DNA of 63,426 nt, filler included, from Choristocarpus tenellus KU-1152 (Eukaryota; Protista; Phaeophyceae), in the NCBI GenBank assembly GCA_964200185.2. It is 9 parts of 9 records of this genome, joined end to end, with 100 filler letters (N's around TTAATTAATTAA, not from the genome) between each part and the next. Parts side by side here need not be neighbours in the genome. Positions count along the whole stretch, not along the records: positions 14,618 to 35,805 come from CAXNAD020000359.1; positions 35,906 to 39,008 come from CAXNAD020022304.1; positions 39,109 to 43,636 come from CAXNAD020014135.1; 6 more parts are not named here. One strand, 5' to 3'. The position numbers and the translations under genes were made by a program. The stretch's first letter is position 1; every line of letters starts with the position of its first letter. Below the pieces are notes generated by a model. That model worked only from the letters and a program-made list of their open reading frames with translations, ran no database searches and was not told where the DNA came from. This document shows, one piece after another, positions 26,701 to 39,358 of the stretch.

Positions 26701-28005
26701 GAGAGGACCGTGTGAAATAACGATATACAAGAGATGATCTGTACTGTAAGAATCACATTGTATATATCAATAACTCACCGTAACATACAAACAACATCCT
26801 AACATAAGAGCTCCCAGGCCTGCTCCAGCAAGGCCAGTGACAGCAACAAGGCTACTAAATCTCCGGAGCAGTCGTCCAGTCAGAACTCCCTGCCAGATTA
26901 TATTTAGTTCACACTTTTGTTAGGGTTAGGAATAATGCTGATGATTCAATAAATATGTTCAGACCACATGGAATTCAGCGGCAAAATTGTCTGCTCTGAA
27001 GCGGAAATCCTCTTATGTGCGGACAAAAGGAAAACGATAAGATTGCGGGGTGAAGAGTAGACGTTAAAATGACTCCTGTAACAGCCCACCATGATAAAAT
27101 CTCCTGGTGCCTGGTGGCCCCATCCGCTAGATCCTGGATCCACAGTCGATGGCGGGGTCCCATTATCTGCACCTAACCTACAAACCCTGGGCTCAGCTGA
27201 CGGCACCCCTGCCGCCATTTTCGACGATGAAGAAATAGAATGCTTCCCTTTGTATCGATGACGGCGCCGCACCGAGCCGGTCACCAGAGAACCGCTGCCG
27301 CTCGATCTCCTGCTCCGGACGGAGATTGCATCCGTACTCCCAGACAGCGCTCGGGCCCAGCGAACTACCTGCCCAGCGCTCCCTCTCCCTCCTTGTATTG
27401 AAAGCACGAGAGGTGAAAGTACATAATCGAAGAGGTAGGGTAAAGGAGGAGGCGAGAGGGTGATGGCGAGCGCAGTGTGCCTACAAGGGTCACTCGCTGA
27501 TGCGAATCCTTGATAAAAATTTATGTCAGCATCTATAGGAATCTTGACGCACGCGAAATCGTCCAGAGACAACTCGGCGCGGAAATCTTGGAAGAGAATA
27601 CCAAGTCAAGCCACATCTCGTCGAGGGGGAGGTTGGTGGATCAGTGTGTGACGGCAAGGAACGACATGGTTCGATACAGTGCACGTATACATCGAGCCAT
27701 ACTCTCCAGATCATATATACTGTCACAGACAGACCACCACTTTTCCAAATAACATCCAAGGAGTTGCGGAACAGTGTTACAGGTGTCTTACCTACAGGGA
27801 TCCCTTTGAGGTTGAAGTTAGCTCTCGATGGTGCTGATCTACGACAGCCACCGTTCCCACTGGTATCACTCTCGCTGGTACTTGTGCATCCTTCGGCTAC
27901 GTCCTCGACAGCGCAATCTCCTCTGTTTTCACCCCCATCACTCTGCTGTGAGGCCTTTGGCATAGTAGGGTTTGTCAACATCCTACTAAAAACTGGCTTC
28001 TTCAT
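17785..28005 (-). CDS. Lysophospholipid acyltransferase-like protein (AGPAT3/4-LCLAT1 family; PlsC + Acyltransf_C) with divergent catalytic motifs; about 719 aa, 12 exons
   Basis: Hand-spliced GT-AG exons with consistent phases: 28005-27792, 27391-27090, 26889-26779, 24083-23965, 23722-23593, 22651-22562, 22171-22013, 20933-20772, 20157-19886, 19572-19479, 19055-18726, 17961-17785. Family-typical blocks in order: VRPWSQLTYRRL..VRVTGD, IVSNK..LDWW, PILGW, HFPEGE..SLHFAQREGRPEL..LLLPHTT, VYDMTLA, IHARMKRYSL, WLDDRWAEKECLL..F, C-terminal TM. The first two and last exons are less certain. Confidence 0.82.
24271..24612 (-). mobile_element. 3' remnant of CRE-like non-LTR retrotransposon (intronic)
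   Basis: Homologous to 46750-47205; ends in a stem-loop followed by a TAA-rich tail. Confidence 0.7.
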
Positions 28006-31000
28006 GATCTGACTCCTATGAGACACACAACCCACAACACTCAGAAGAAAGACCACGATCCCCCACCTACCACTGACGTTAGGCTTATGTTTATGATGGG
28101 CAAGAACAACTTATCACTGTCCAATCTTATTCGTCACCATCATACTAGCAGAATCTAGTTCCTCTTCGATTCAAGCATCTCCTTCAAGTCCTTATGTAAG
28201 AAAGACCTTGTTGATGCGGTTTATTGTTGGTGTTGTTGGCTCTTTGAAGTGGGATCCACATGTCCTCCGGAGGTGTATTTTGAGTCAAGTGAAAGTAAGG
28301 TACCTAAACGAGACTTCGAGATTGGGAAGGGAGAAAAGTGAAGGCTACTTTGAACTACTACTATGAGCTCTGTCCTCACTCGAGTTGGCAAGGCGACATT
28401 GCCGAGTGCAGTCCGTGCTGGAAAGATGAGAGGGATGGGTCACAAGCCCAACTTTCACATAGAGGTGACCTACTTCGACATAGGAAAAAATGTAACCTCG
28501 TAATGGTTGAATTTTCATCTGCTGGCAACATTGCTTTTTGTTCTCTACCTCTTTTCGTTTCAATAGTAATGTGAATCTTTCACAATTCCTCTCTTTTGGG
28601 TGCTTACCTGTGCGTTTTGGCTACCCACTGGACATCAATGCCCGATGGTGATGTGTACTGTGTTTCACATCAGAATGTTGTGCGTCCATAACGTCATGGT
28701 TATATGATGGTGATGTCTATTTGAAGATTTCTTATGTTTTCTCAACGACCTACCCCCAACTCTCCCAACCGACAGGAATGGATGGGTAAGAGGGAGATAA
28801 CAGAGAAAACGTTCGAGTTCACTCCAAAATTGTCATTGGGTCTGTTCGTAGCAGTTGTCCTCGTCCCCACAACGATGTGCATGGCCATCAAGAAGGAGAT
28901 GCAGAAGAAGGATAAATTATTGGGGAGGGAACGCGAATACCTTTGAAATGGGAGCAGGATAGGTTTTAGTCGAGGATGCAGCTACACCTCAGCCCCCCGC
29001 TCAGATAGGTACACATGGGAGTGGATTTACGAGGGATATGTGTGCTCAATTCTGCATTCTCTTTCCAGAGACTGACATGTGGGAGAGGAGGATGTACCGT
29101 CCATTTGAGTTTATTAAGCCATAGCACTGGGTTACGACCGGCATAACCATAACACGAACCAACATGAAAATATAAAGCTCTGTTGTCATTTCATGGTTAT
29201 ATAAATTAATTAGCATAGCTTTTGCTATTTCTACCTCGAGAATCGATAACAGTCTTGACTTTCCTGCTGTAAGGAGAAGATTCATTGATCCTCAGGTGCA
29301 TATTTATGTCTCTGGCCCAGCCAGCATACTAGTGAAACTGTTGGAATTGGTGGCTCAAGGAGGGGTGGGTGAGGATGGTGCATTCTGCACAGCTTACTCA
29401 ACAAGTTGTTGAAACTGGAGAAACCATGTTGGTCCCATATGATCTTTATGCGCGTTGGCTCCAACTCATACTTTTACTTTTTTTCAGAAAAAATTATCAA
29501 CCTGTGTTGGCATGTGAAGACACTAAACATGAGCTGAGAACAGGTGGCGGCAAATAGAAGGATGTGATGCTGCATGGGGCTGCAATAAACAACCGCATTC
29601 TTAAAACTGAGTAGATCTGCTGTCCTGAGAACTGACATTTCTTATTTTTGTCCACTTCTTTGTGAGTACTTCATGGGAGGTTGTGCATGTTTGCATCTCC
29701 CGCATTTGACTATTTGACTCACAAATGCAGTACAGTGTGTGTTTGGTCTTACACGCAGTAAGTGTCTATGTGAGAATCTAAGGTTCAGGTTGCGACATGT
29801 ATGTGTTGTGTGATGCACCTGGACTTGAATACAGGATGAAGTTGTTGAAAACTTGGCCTGAATCACACTTCCGCCATCACCTATTTCATCATTTCACTGA
29901 GTAACTATGGTAGGAAATAATTGGCATCTTCGGGAATGCGTGAAATCCCCAGCAAAAAACAATGGTGTAAATCACCATACCGCCTGTATGTCATATTTCA
30001 ACAACCTATCTTTCTTCTCCATAAGAACAATCAGGAGGTTGCAACCATTTTAATCCATCTCCCCAGCATAGTATCTGAATGTTCTGGGATGAGATTTACA
30101 TTAGCTTCTCCTAATTCTGTTTCTTAGGGTCTTCTCGTCCTTTCAGGTTAGGGTTAGGGTTAGAGCAGTCACTCCAGGCCTTAAGGTAGATAACTGATGA
30201 ATTGGGCATTCCTCAGGGAAAAGGCTCACCTCAGTTTAAGCATGCCCTGCCATACACACAAGCATTTTGAAAATTTGCAGTGGATCATAAGTTGGCCCCT
30301 CTAGGAGGGAGCCCAGATTGCTCATTGCATGCCTGCATATGCGAAGCGAGGTGGATGGTTTGAGAATTGACCAAGTCGACACAATCAGTGTGATCTTGAG
30401 GCACAAGGGTGAGAGGGTCAGTATCAGTGAGCGGCATTAGAATCAGTTGCTATGTCTGATTGTTTTAGATACTCCGTTCCAACTTTTGTGCATGCGCTTT
30501 GCTCTATCATTGTAATAGAGAAGAACAGTTCTGAAATATTATTTTTTTAATGTTCAAGATGCAGACAGCAAACATTAGGGAAGATTCATGGGAAAGTGAA
30601 GATTAGTTATAGATGTAGGTAGAGCTGGATAAAGGCATTGCAAGGTGCATGCAAGAAAGTTCCACGTGGTAGCTGGACGCAATGGGAACGAGCACATGCG
30701 TGACTCTGAGAATTGCATGATGCACAGCATAGCAAGCAAATATGATCTGCTAGAACTGGCCCAACCCAGTTGCAAAAAAGGTAGAAGCAACCCTGATGCC
30801 CTTACCCACAAGAATTATATATGGCAGGTTTTTGTGTCTATTGGGAAGAGGCATTAGTGCAAGCCACACCCAAGCAGATGTGCAAGGAACAGAGCAGATA
30901 CTTGTTTGCTGCACAGACAGCTACAACAGCCTCTACTTCGCCATCAGAATTACATGGCACATATGCAAGCAGTAAGTGGAAGGCGACTTTTTTCTATCTT

Positions 31001-32106
31001 GTGAATTGTGGTAGGTACAGATAGATACATGGAGCAACTGCAAATCATGTTGCATGTTTTTCAAAGACTGTCAGCACTCTCCCTTCCTTGACAAAGACAG
31101 GGAGTCACTTGTTCTATTTTACAGCATTGTCGGGAGAGAGTTGAACTCCCAATCAGGGAAACAACTATGGAAGTGATAGAGTGGGCAGACCTGTATCACT
31201 GTAAAAGAAACCGATGGCGGTTTGTGTGATATATTTATGGATATATTGGCAGTATACCTTAAATTGGCATACCAATTCACTGATTCCCCCAGTATCTGGT
31301 TGGCAGGAATCTCTGATTTGTCCTCAAAATCGACATGCCACCAATTTCTGGTTATGTTCTCTTCCCGGCTCTGATTTAGACCACTCCATCTTGAAAGTGG
31401 AAGGTGGCACTTTTAACTTCCTTTCACAGGTGCTGTGGAAGAGTTAGTGTTGGTAAGATTCTGTACCAGTGCATTGGAGAAATTAGAAAGGGACCAGCGA
31501 ACACGAAGGAAGCTCAGGACTGCCATAAAACTATTACATGATGTGTATTGCATTGTCTATCCTTGCAGTTGTACATTCCTCACGCGCCAAACCTAACAAT
31601 TCTGAAGCTCTTGTCAAATACTACAACAATAATGTGTTGAGTCAGGGCATACAAAACCCTACACACATCACAGGCAACAGACGCGGAGTTGCTGCACCAC
31701 CTCCCTTGCAAATATAAAAAAACTTCCATCTCCACTACAGCCCATGGTACAAGCAGAGGCCTGCCTGAGGACACAACCACCCCGTCTTGTCACAATTAAG
31801 GAGTATTTACACTTAAATGGTTTTTTGTTGCAATAAAAAAAAATCACTGTCTACTGTGGAAAACAAAACGCTATGCACACACAGCATGATGTAAAACAAA
31901 GCACAGATCTGTGACAGTGCATTTCCTTGTCTATCTGCAAGTGGAAGCAACACCCCACAACACAACAGTATGTAAAGGAAAACACACATAGCATGGCAAG
32001 GCGGCGCACTCTCCTCAGGGCATAAACTTGGAACACAGAGTCAAAACCCAGAATTGGGTATCTGCAGACACTGTTACAGTCTCCCAGACCATTCCTCAAC
32101 CTGCAA

Positions 32107-34312
32107 CTACTCTACGTAAGAATCAGCCCAAACCCTGCCCTCTCGCTCGGCCTTCGAGTATTCGCTCTCAGTGAGGAGGTCGTATTTCCCATCCTGCCAA
32201 ATTGAGAGATAACTAAGATGTAAGTAGGAAGGATCAGAGGCAGATGAACAATGTGGATGGGAGTTCCACTCATGCAGCATTACAGTACGTCCACTGTCAC
32301 TCGTGAAATGTACCCCAAATAAAGCAACTACTGTATTGGGTGCCAACGCCACTGGCAACTGAAGGCATGCCCCCGCCTATCGAAATTAGAGGTCCCAGTA
32401 TTCATCCTTCGCCTGCCAAAAGTGACAATACCGTGATCTAAACTGTGATAACACGAAATAGAAACTTTGAAAAGAGCCAAAAAAGAAGCCACCACACATG
32501 GAAGTATTTGCAAAACAGGATTTTGAACAGTGTGGGGAGAAAGGGGGTGAGGAGGGACAAAAAATCCAAACTCCAAAGGACTTCCTTGGCAGGGCAGTAC
32601 TTTGAGTATAGGTCGCAACATGTTACTCTGGTGATTGAAAACCTACAGAGGCAAATTATCATAGAGGGTAGAGCGGCATCCATTTGGGGGCCAAAATCCA
32701 ATGTTTTGATTTTGATGTAATTTTGACTACCGTGGTTGTTAGGAAGTGTCAATATTCTTGTTCCGGACACACCTTTTCATAACGCATACATTATACCTAC
32801 TCCGAAACGTTTCTAAGTAGGAGAGAATACGTCGTAAGAAACCTGTGGGAAGCCAAGTCCCAAATGGACAAACAGGGCAAAACTCGTACCCTCTAAGATG
32901 CTTTCACTCATAGTAAAACCATAACAGTCACTGAAGAAGCAAAATGCCTTTACCAAATAGATGCAAGACAAAAGCTGCAAGGTTTAATCAACGCATTCAC
33001 TGTTGGTCATGAATAGCACCTGTCTGGTTTTCAGACAGACGAACATTCCCTCATTCCCCAGCGTAGGGCAGGGTCAAGAAGAAGCTGAGGGATTGCCGCA
33101 GCTCAGGTGTTCAGTAGAAAATAGGAAAAGTAAAGGAAAGCTGGAATCACAAGACTATGAGAGTTTAAAGTACCTTGTGTCGAACCATCCTCATGTTCAA
33201 GGTCTTGAAATAATCTGAATAAGAGGGGACAAGGAAAGACAGGAATGTCAAGCGAATATGTGGGTATTTCTTGAAGGAGCACATCTCACCTGAAGACCTT
33301 TCAACCAGAAAACTTGAGATAGATTGAGAAGACTCATATGGAGCAATGGGAATGCACCTCAGTGGATGCATTACAACAGCGCTTAAGTACCTTTGTAGTT
33401 ATGTTGGTTGTATTTGTCCAGAGTCTCACGCTCGTTCTTCTCACGGTTCTCAGCTGATCGTGCCTGCAGTGTCTTGATCAAATCGCTGCCCCCAGCAGCG
33501 CTATCGCATCCCGTTCCAGTACCAGAGATGCCTGGCAGTAGATAGTACAGGTGGGCATAGATTGCCCCAGTATAGGAAGGGTGTTGGTTCCAGGTGGTTC
33601 AATGCAGCTTTTTGCCAGCATAGTGGGAGGAGCAGAGGGAGGAGGAGGCGGGAAACATCATACCGTAGCACAAGAAAAACCAAAAATCGTGGCACATCTC
33701 AGCCAAGACCAAGCATACTATTTTACTACATAAGCAACACGCTAGGCGCCATACAGTCGGTCATGAGGTCCTCAACATAACAACGTAATAAAGAGCGATG
33801 CTTCGGACGATACCATGCCTTGATTCAACTCAATATTGTCAACCATGCAACGATTTCCTAGGCCATATTGCCTTAGTGTGAATACAAACTACAACGGTAG
33901 AAGTGATTCCAGTAACTAGAGGTGACTCAGGTAGTCAGGGTTTGGTACTTTCACATCAGGGACTCATGCTTGAGCGCTTCGACCTTAAGAGATGTGAATA
34001 TCCCGCCCTTGACCATGTCCTATCGAGAACAATCACAAGAAAAACTACAGCGTCGAGCTCACAAATTTCAGAGTTACTGATAGCTGCAAAGACAGGATCG
34101 ATTCCAAGAGCCCCAGCAGCAAGAGATGCGCTTATTAAAGCTCTTCCGAGCCAACGAGCAGGTTCTGGAAGTGCCACCATTGTACTTGTCGTTCGGGTTG
34201 TTGTACGCTTAATACCACAGGGAGTAGCCCTTCTCGACCCCATGGACATTCCAAAACCATGAGTGAGGTTCACTCCCCAGCAAATGCAGAGAATCACGAG
34301 GAATCGAGTCAT
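32107..34312 (-). CDS. Nucleus-encoded, plastid (probably thylakoid-lumen) targeted protein, 172 aa, 4 exons; function unknown
   Basis: Exons 34312-34063, 33531-33391, 33214-33174 and 32193-32107 (GT-AG, phases 1,1,0) give one open frame. Signal peptide MTRFLVILCICWGVNLTHG|F, S/T/R-rich transit peptide, hydrophobic stretch ending P-V-F-A|A; mature part AISNSEICISGTGTGCDSAAGGSDLIKTLQARSAENREKNERETLDKYNQHNYKDYFKTLNMRMVRHKDGKYDLLTESEYSKAEREGRVWADSYVE. Confidence 0.85.
32648..32909 (-). mobile_element. MITE family A, inside intron 3 of the lumen-protein gene
   Basis: Same TIRs and internal sequence as the other copies; TSD not clearly preserved. Confidence 0.85.
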
Positions 34313-36233
34313 CTGCGACAACTAAGGTGGAAAATGAAAATAAGGGATGAACAATGTCGATAATTATATGTGTCTGCTCTAAATATGATGATATGATATG
34401 TGTCCAAAATATTTTTTTTGTATTGGACGAAGGCAATACAAAGTTTGTGTTAACACTAATAATGGTGTGATTCAGAGTGGTTCACTCAGAGAAGTGGTAG
34501 TGAAGCGAATCACCCCGTAGGACGAACCAGAGGGACCAAGACAAACCGTAACAGAGAGAATGAGGTAAGGTTGGACAAGGACAAGAAGTGTGGAGAGTGG
34601 AGTCGGTCAGGATTCGGTCAGATAGGGGGGCTGACAAAAGGACCCCTCAACAATTGGTCACTCTGAAGATTCTCCACAGACCATGATGGTTCTTCCAGTA
34701 GCGTTCTTCACCGCCCTGCTCTTGAAAGAACCCCAAATCTTTTTACAGTGTTTGGTACGGCAATGAAGGGTATGACAAGGTACAATCATGTTCACTCCAC
34801 ACTACGCATGCTATACTCATAACAATCTTACACTGGAGACAAAAACCCATACCAATATATACTACCCAAAGCGCCCCAGTGCTGCAAATAATCCGTTGTA
34901 CAATAATGTGTAATGCTCGCAGTAACACTCCGGTCTAAACCATAAGTGACGTTATTTACTGAAATGTTCATTTACATGATGTTATGAAGAAAATGTAATG
35001 TTGTCCAAATGTGCAATATTGTTGTGTTAAGTCATTGGACTAAAGAGGGGGGAGCTGGGAGTAGCAAATAATATTCACTGTTGGGGTCAAGTGATAGCAA
35101 CAAATGTTGGATCAAAAAAGAAGACAAACTTCGGTTGCCACGATTTCACATCTTCTTGCCAAGTATGGCAAACATTACACACATTGGGCACAATGTAACA
35201 CTCAACACATTTTATGTCCATAAAACTGGAGACGAAGACATACACAACATTATCATATGTAGTGCTTGAGCACTCTAGTCCAAAGCATATGTAACACTGT
35301 ACAACCCTTTTGTTACACTTGGGCCCAGAACATGCATAATATATGCTGCTTACTTCAATACTCCAATATACTCCAGTTGCAAAGTATTTAGTGAAATGTT
35401 AAAGGTGTCACCATTATGAGCTATGAAGTTTAATGTTGTTCAAGGCGAGGTATTCTTCAGGAGAGGGCCAGGGCAAATTCAAATAGACTGGTCTGTCAGT
35501 TGGTCAGACAGTATTTTCTGATACGCCTAGACTACCTGTTACAGACGATATGTCTTGATGGAAGCTGGCAGAGTTGGAACAGAGTCGGAACTGGAGTCCC
35601 TATCTCGCCATATGGCAATTAATACATGCTGCCGCAGCACGATTCGAGGTGATAGATGATATTTATTGTCCTGACCTGTGGTAATCGCCTGTGGTAAGCG
35701 TGAAATATGTATTCCTAGTTCACGCTGGGGGGCATGTTACAGGCGAATAGCATGTCTGCCTTTTCGCATTCTAACCAGTGTGAGTAGTCTTGTTATGACA
35801 TTTACNNNNNNNNNNNNNNNNNNNNNNNNNNNNNNNNNNNNNNNNNNNNTTAATTAATTAANNNNNNNNNNNNNNNNNNNNNNNNNNNNNNNNNNNNNNN
35901 NNNNNATCGGTACCACGGTATAACGGTATATTGCATACGGCAATAACGGTATAATAACAGACAAACATGCTTTCCACACTAGTGAAAAATTATTCCACAG
36001 GCGATGAACACGCCGTATTATGTGGATCTGTACTTGTGTTCCATGACTCTCAAGCTGGAACAGAACATGGGTGAATGGATCACCGATCTAGGATAGGTTT
36101 AGATGATATGCTATCTGTGGCTCAGACACCGTTCTCCATCTGTGAGGGACGGATTTACGGGACAGATGAAGCGAGAAGGCATCTTCTCCCAGAAAGGGGT
36201 TATACACAGTTGTGTGTACCTGCTTCTTCCTAG

Positions 36234-36281
36234 AGTTAATGACCTCCCAATGAAAGCATTTTCATTGGGAGGTCATTAACT
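36234..36281. repeat. Perfect 22-bp inverted repeat with 4-nt loop
   Basis: AGTTAATGACCTCCCAATGAAA-GCAT-TTTCATTGGGAGGTCATTAACT. Confidence 0.9.
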
Positions 36282-37344
36282 ATAGACTGTTCTTAACTGA
36301 ACAGGAGTTTTCGAACAATGTTCCAACATTTAGAGGTGTGCACAAATAGTTATAAGGTGCCATACATGGCGTATTCATGGTATGGTTTCCATCCTGGGGG
36401 GATTAAGTGTGCTGGGCTCTACAAATTTGGTGAATTGTGCTCATGTTTGAACTTTCTCTTTAGGATGGTCTTCAACCTTAGGTGAGGGGTGGTTTAAATT
36501 TAATGAGCCAAAGATGGTGGGAAGTCTGTTCCTCCAATGCTGACACCCATGTTTCGAAATGTACCTAATTGTAGTCGTTTATTTACCACATGTGTTCAAA
36601 AGGAATACAAAGTATGAGTTTTCTCTGTTTCTAAACTTGACCAAGCAACACCCGTCCAAAGTTATTACAAACAATTGAATAGGTTCACTACCGAACTTCC
36701 CACGATGGACCCGGAGCAATTGTGAAAGAAGGAGTTCGAGTTTGGACTGTTAGAACCTTGAATTCCATTAATCGTTTGTTCTTGTGAAGAGCTCTGACTC
36801 AAAGTAAATGAGGGGCACCCAGGTTTTGGTCGTTTTGGACTTTAACCCAGTTTTTCAATCTTTTCCAATTCACTCATATTTCTGTGGATGATTTGCTAAG
36901 TTTGACATGAGATTGTTGATTTCTCTGTTGTTTGGATATTTTGACAGGTTTCAGAAAGGTTCCTAGAATTATTTGAAGGACAAGATGAATTTTGCACAGA
37001 TTTATCAGCATCCTTAAAATGAAACTCTGGGTACCTCTCGTTTACTTTGACTCTCTGTGTGGAGTCTTGAAAAAGCGAAGATTTGACTTAGTGCACTGAA
37101 TCACTGGTGGAATTCAATGTGGTGGATCTATAAAACGAAATATACCAGGGTTTGATGTGTGAGAAAAAAAGAAGAAAGAGACTCAAGTCTACACTCGTGT
37201 GTGTCACGTAGTGACTGCGTATGTTGAAGAACATCTACCAAAAAATGTGTCAGAGACTTACAATAAACCATGCAAAGTCCAACGGTACGTCATAATCATA
37301 TACCGTGCAGGCAGTATGCAGGCAGTATGCATACGATGTGGATA

Positions 37345-37720
37345 CCACAAATATTGTCTGTCACTACACAAGTAGCTCTCTCGAGACGTGTCATGCATTT
37401 CAACCTGGAGACACCAGGCATGTGGGCAAGGAGGGGCCTGTCAAATTCTTGGGATGGTTCCCTAGCTCCTCGCCCACTTTTGTCGGGCCAATCTAGGTTG
37501 GAGGTATAGCAGCAGTGTACACATAACACTGTACTGTAATTACCGACCTTAAAGGGAGTTTTGTAGTATAGCTGATAGTCAAAGAGTAAATAGTTTTTGG
37601 GGTGACATCTTTCACATTATAACAAATGTTACTCTTACAGGGGTACTTGTGATATTGATTTGACCTTTTCCTGACACATCAGAAAAAAATTCAGAGAATA
37701 TAATAATATATATATAATAT
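37345..37720 (+). mobile_element. 3' remnant of CRE-like non-LTR retrotransposon
   Basis: Encodes QILSVTTQVALSRRV..ETPGMWARRGL, matching 46957-47199; AT-rich tail. Confidence 0.7.
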
Positions 37721-37957
37721 ACACGCTTACAGATGCTAAAGAATCGTTGCTAGAGTAAGGATCAACGGTCGACAGTAGTTGATAGTACTGAACTGTATAT
37801 ATAAATATGTATTGTTATGCCCTCTCATATTTGGAGATGTGTCAGCGGGAAAGCAAACGAATATCACAACTTTTGAAAAAAGTAGGAGTTGTCGTACCTC
37901 TATAAATTACTCGGAGTATATACTATAATACCCTCTGACATCTATAAATTATAGATA

Positions 37958-37999
37958 TGTCAGGGACAGGTTCCTTTTTTGGGATCTCCGACACACACA
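37958..37999 (+). repeat. Fragment of the Gypsy LTR 5' end
   Basis: TGTCAGGGACAGGTTCCTTTTTTGGGATCTCCGACACACAC matches 6123-6168. Confidence 0.7.
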
Positions 38000-39108
38000 T
38001 CATTTACCTGTTGACATTATTGTTGATGTTCCCATCGTTGTCTACACTGACACGGGTTCCTCCTTTGACGGTTTGAGATTATCTCTTGTATCTCAGGCGT
38101 GTCCTCGAAGATTGTTGATGTTGAAGTCCATTTTTATTATTATTGTCTCATTCGCCCACACGGCTACCGCTCCTGAAATACCCTCTCTCTCGAGTAGAAT
38201 TGGACCACTTGGTCGAGATAGGAAGTGCACTAGGTTTGGGCCAACCTCCACTACTCTCAGATTTCTAGATCTTACCATAAAACAAATCTGGAACCAAATG
38301 CCCGATCCAAAAAACGTTCCCTTTTCTGGAATGTCCTTCTACTTTGTTCCATCACATATCTTCTGACAGCCTTTGCTGTCATAGTACTTCGACTTGTCTT
38401 GGAAACAGCTACACAAAGATATCAACATATGAGAGTTCCTAGTAGGGTTGTAGAGAAGTCAACACGAACAATTTTACTTGATTTGTCTAATGCTGATTCA
38501 GATGTTACTACTGAAGAGGTTACTCAGCAAACCAAAATAAAATATATAGGTTCTACTTGAGTTGACTCGCCGTAACCTCCGTCAACACATTAATAATCAG
38601 GAATGCATCAACCAACATATCATGTTCACCGTTTTCGTACTGGTGATAAAGCTTAGTCCGTAGGGCAAATGAGAGTATTGATGGTCCGAGTCCAAGGTTA
38701 CTTTTCTCTTGGAGGGAACCGTGTGAAGTACATTATAACCTAAGGTATCACCCATCGTGTACGGGGTCGTATTACATGGAGACACACGTCCACTTCCCGT
38801 TCATCTGGGGGTAGAATGAGACGTTACTTATCCTCAAGTCCAAACTACCACACCAGACTCAAATGAACTTGATTATTTGTTTCTGGGCAAACCGTTGCCC
38901 TTGCTGGGCGTGTCGACTATGCAAAAGAGAACTACTCAAGTAGAGTATTTTGCTTTGTGTGGTATGAATATGTTTACTAGCGGAGTGAGCACAGCCCTCG
39001 GTGGTGGGNNNNNNNNNNNNNNNNNNNNNNNNNNNNNNNNNNNNNNNNNNNNTTAATTAATTAANNNNNNNNNNNNNNNNNNNNNNNNNNNNNNNNNNNN
39101 NNNNNNNN

Positions 39109-39358
39109 GCTTCCTTAGCTCCCCCCCCCGGGGGCATAGGAGTAGGTGGATGGGAAGATAAGGAAGGCAGTAATACAATATTTGATAATGGTGAAGTAAC
39201 TGATTAGTGGTTTCCACGCAATGTTTTATTTATAGTGTTCTTATGTTTAGGATATTTTATTTCTTTAGGGCTAACAACGACATGTATATAGTTTTCATTA
39301 GTTTCCCCCCTGACACATCTGCAAAATGTCAGAGGGCATAATAATAAAATAATAATAG
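39109..39358 (+). mobile_element. 3' UTR remnant of CRE-like element with stem-loop and (TAA)n tail
   Basis: CCCCCTGACACATCTGCAAAATGTCAGAGGGCATAATAATAAAATAATAATA. Confidence 0.65.
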
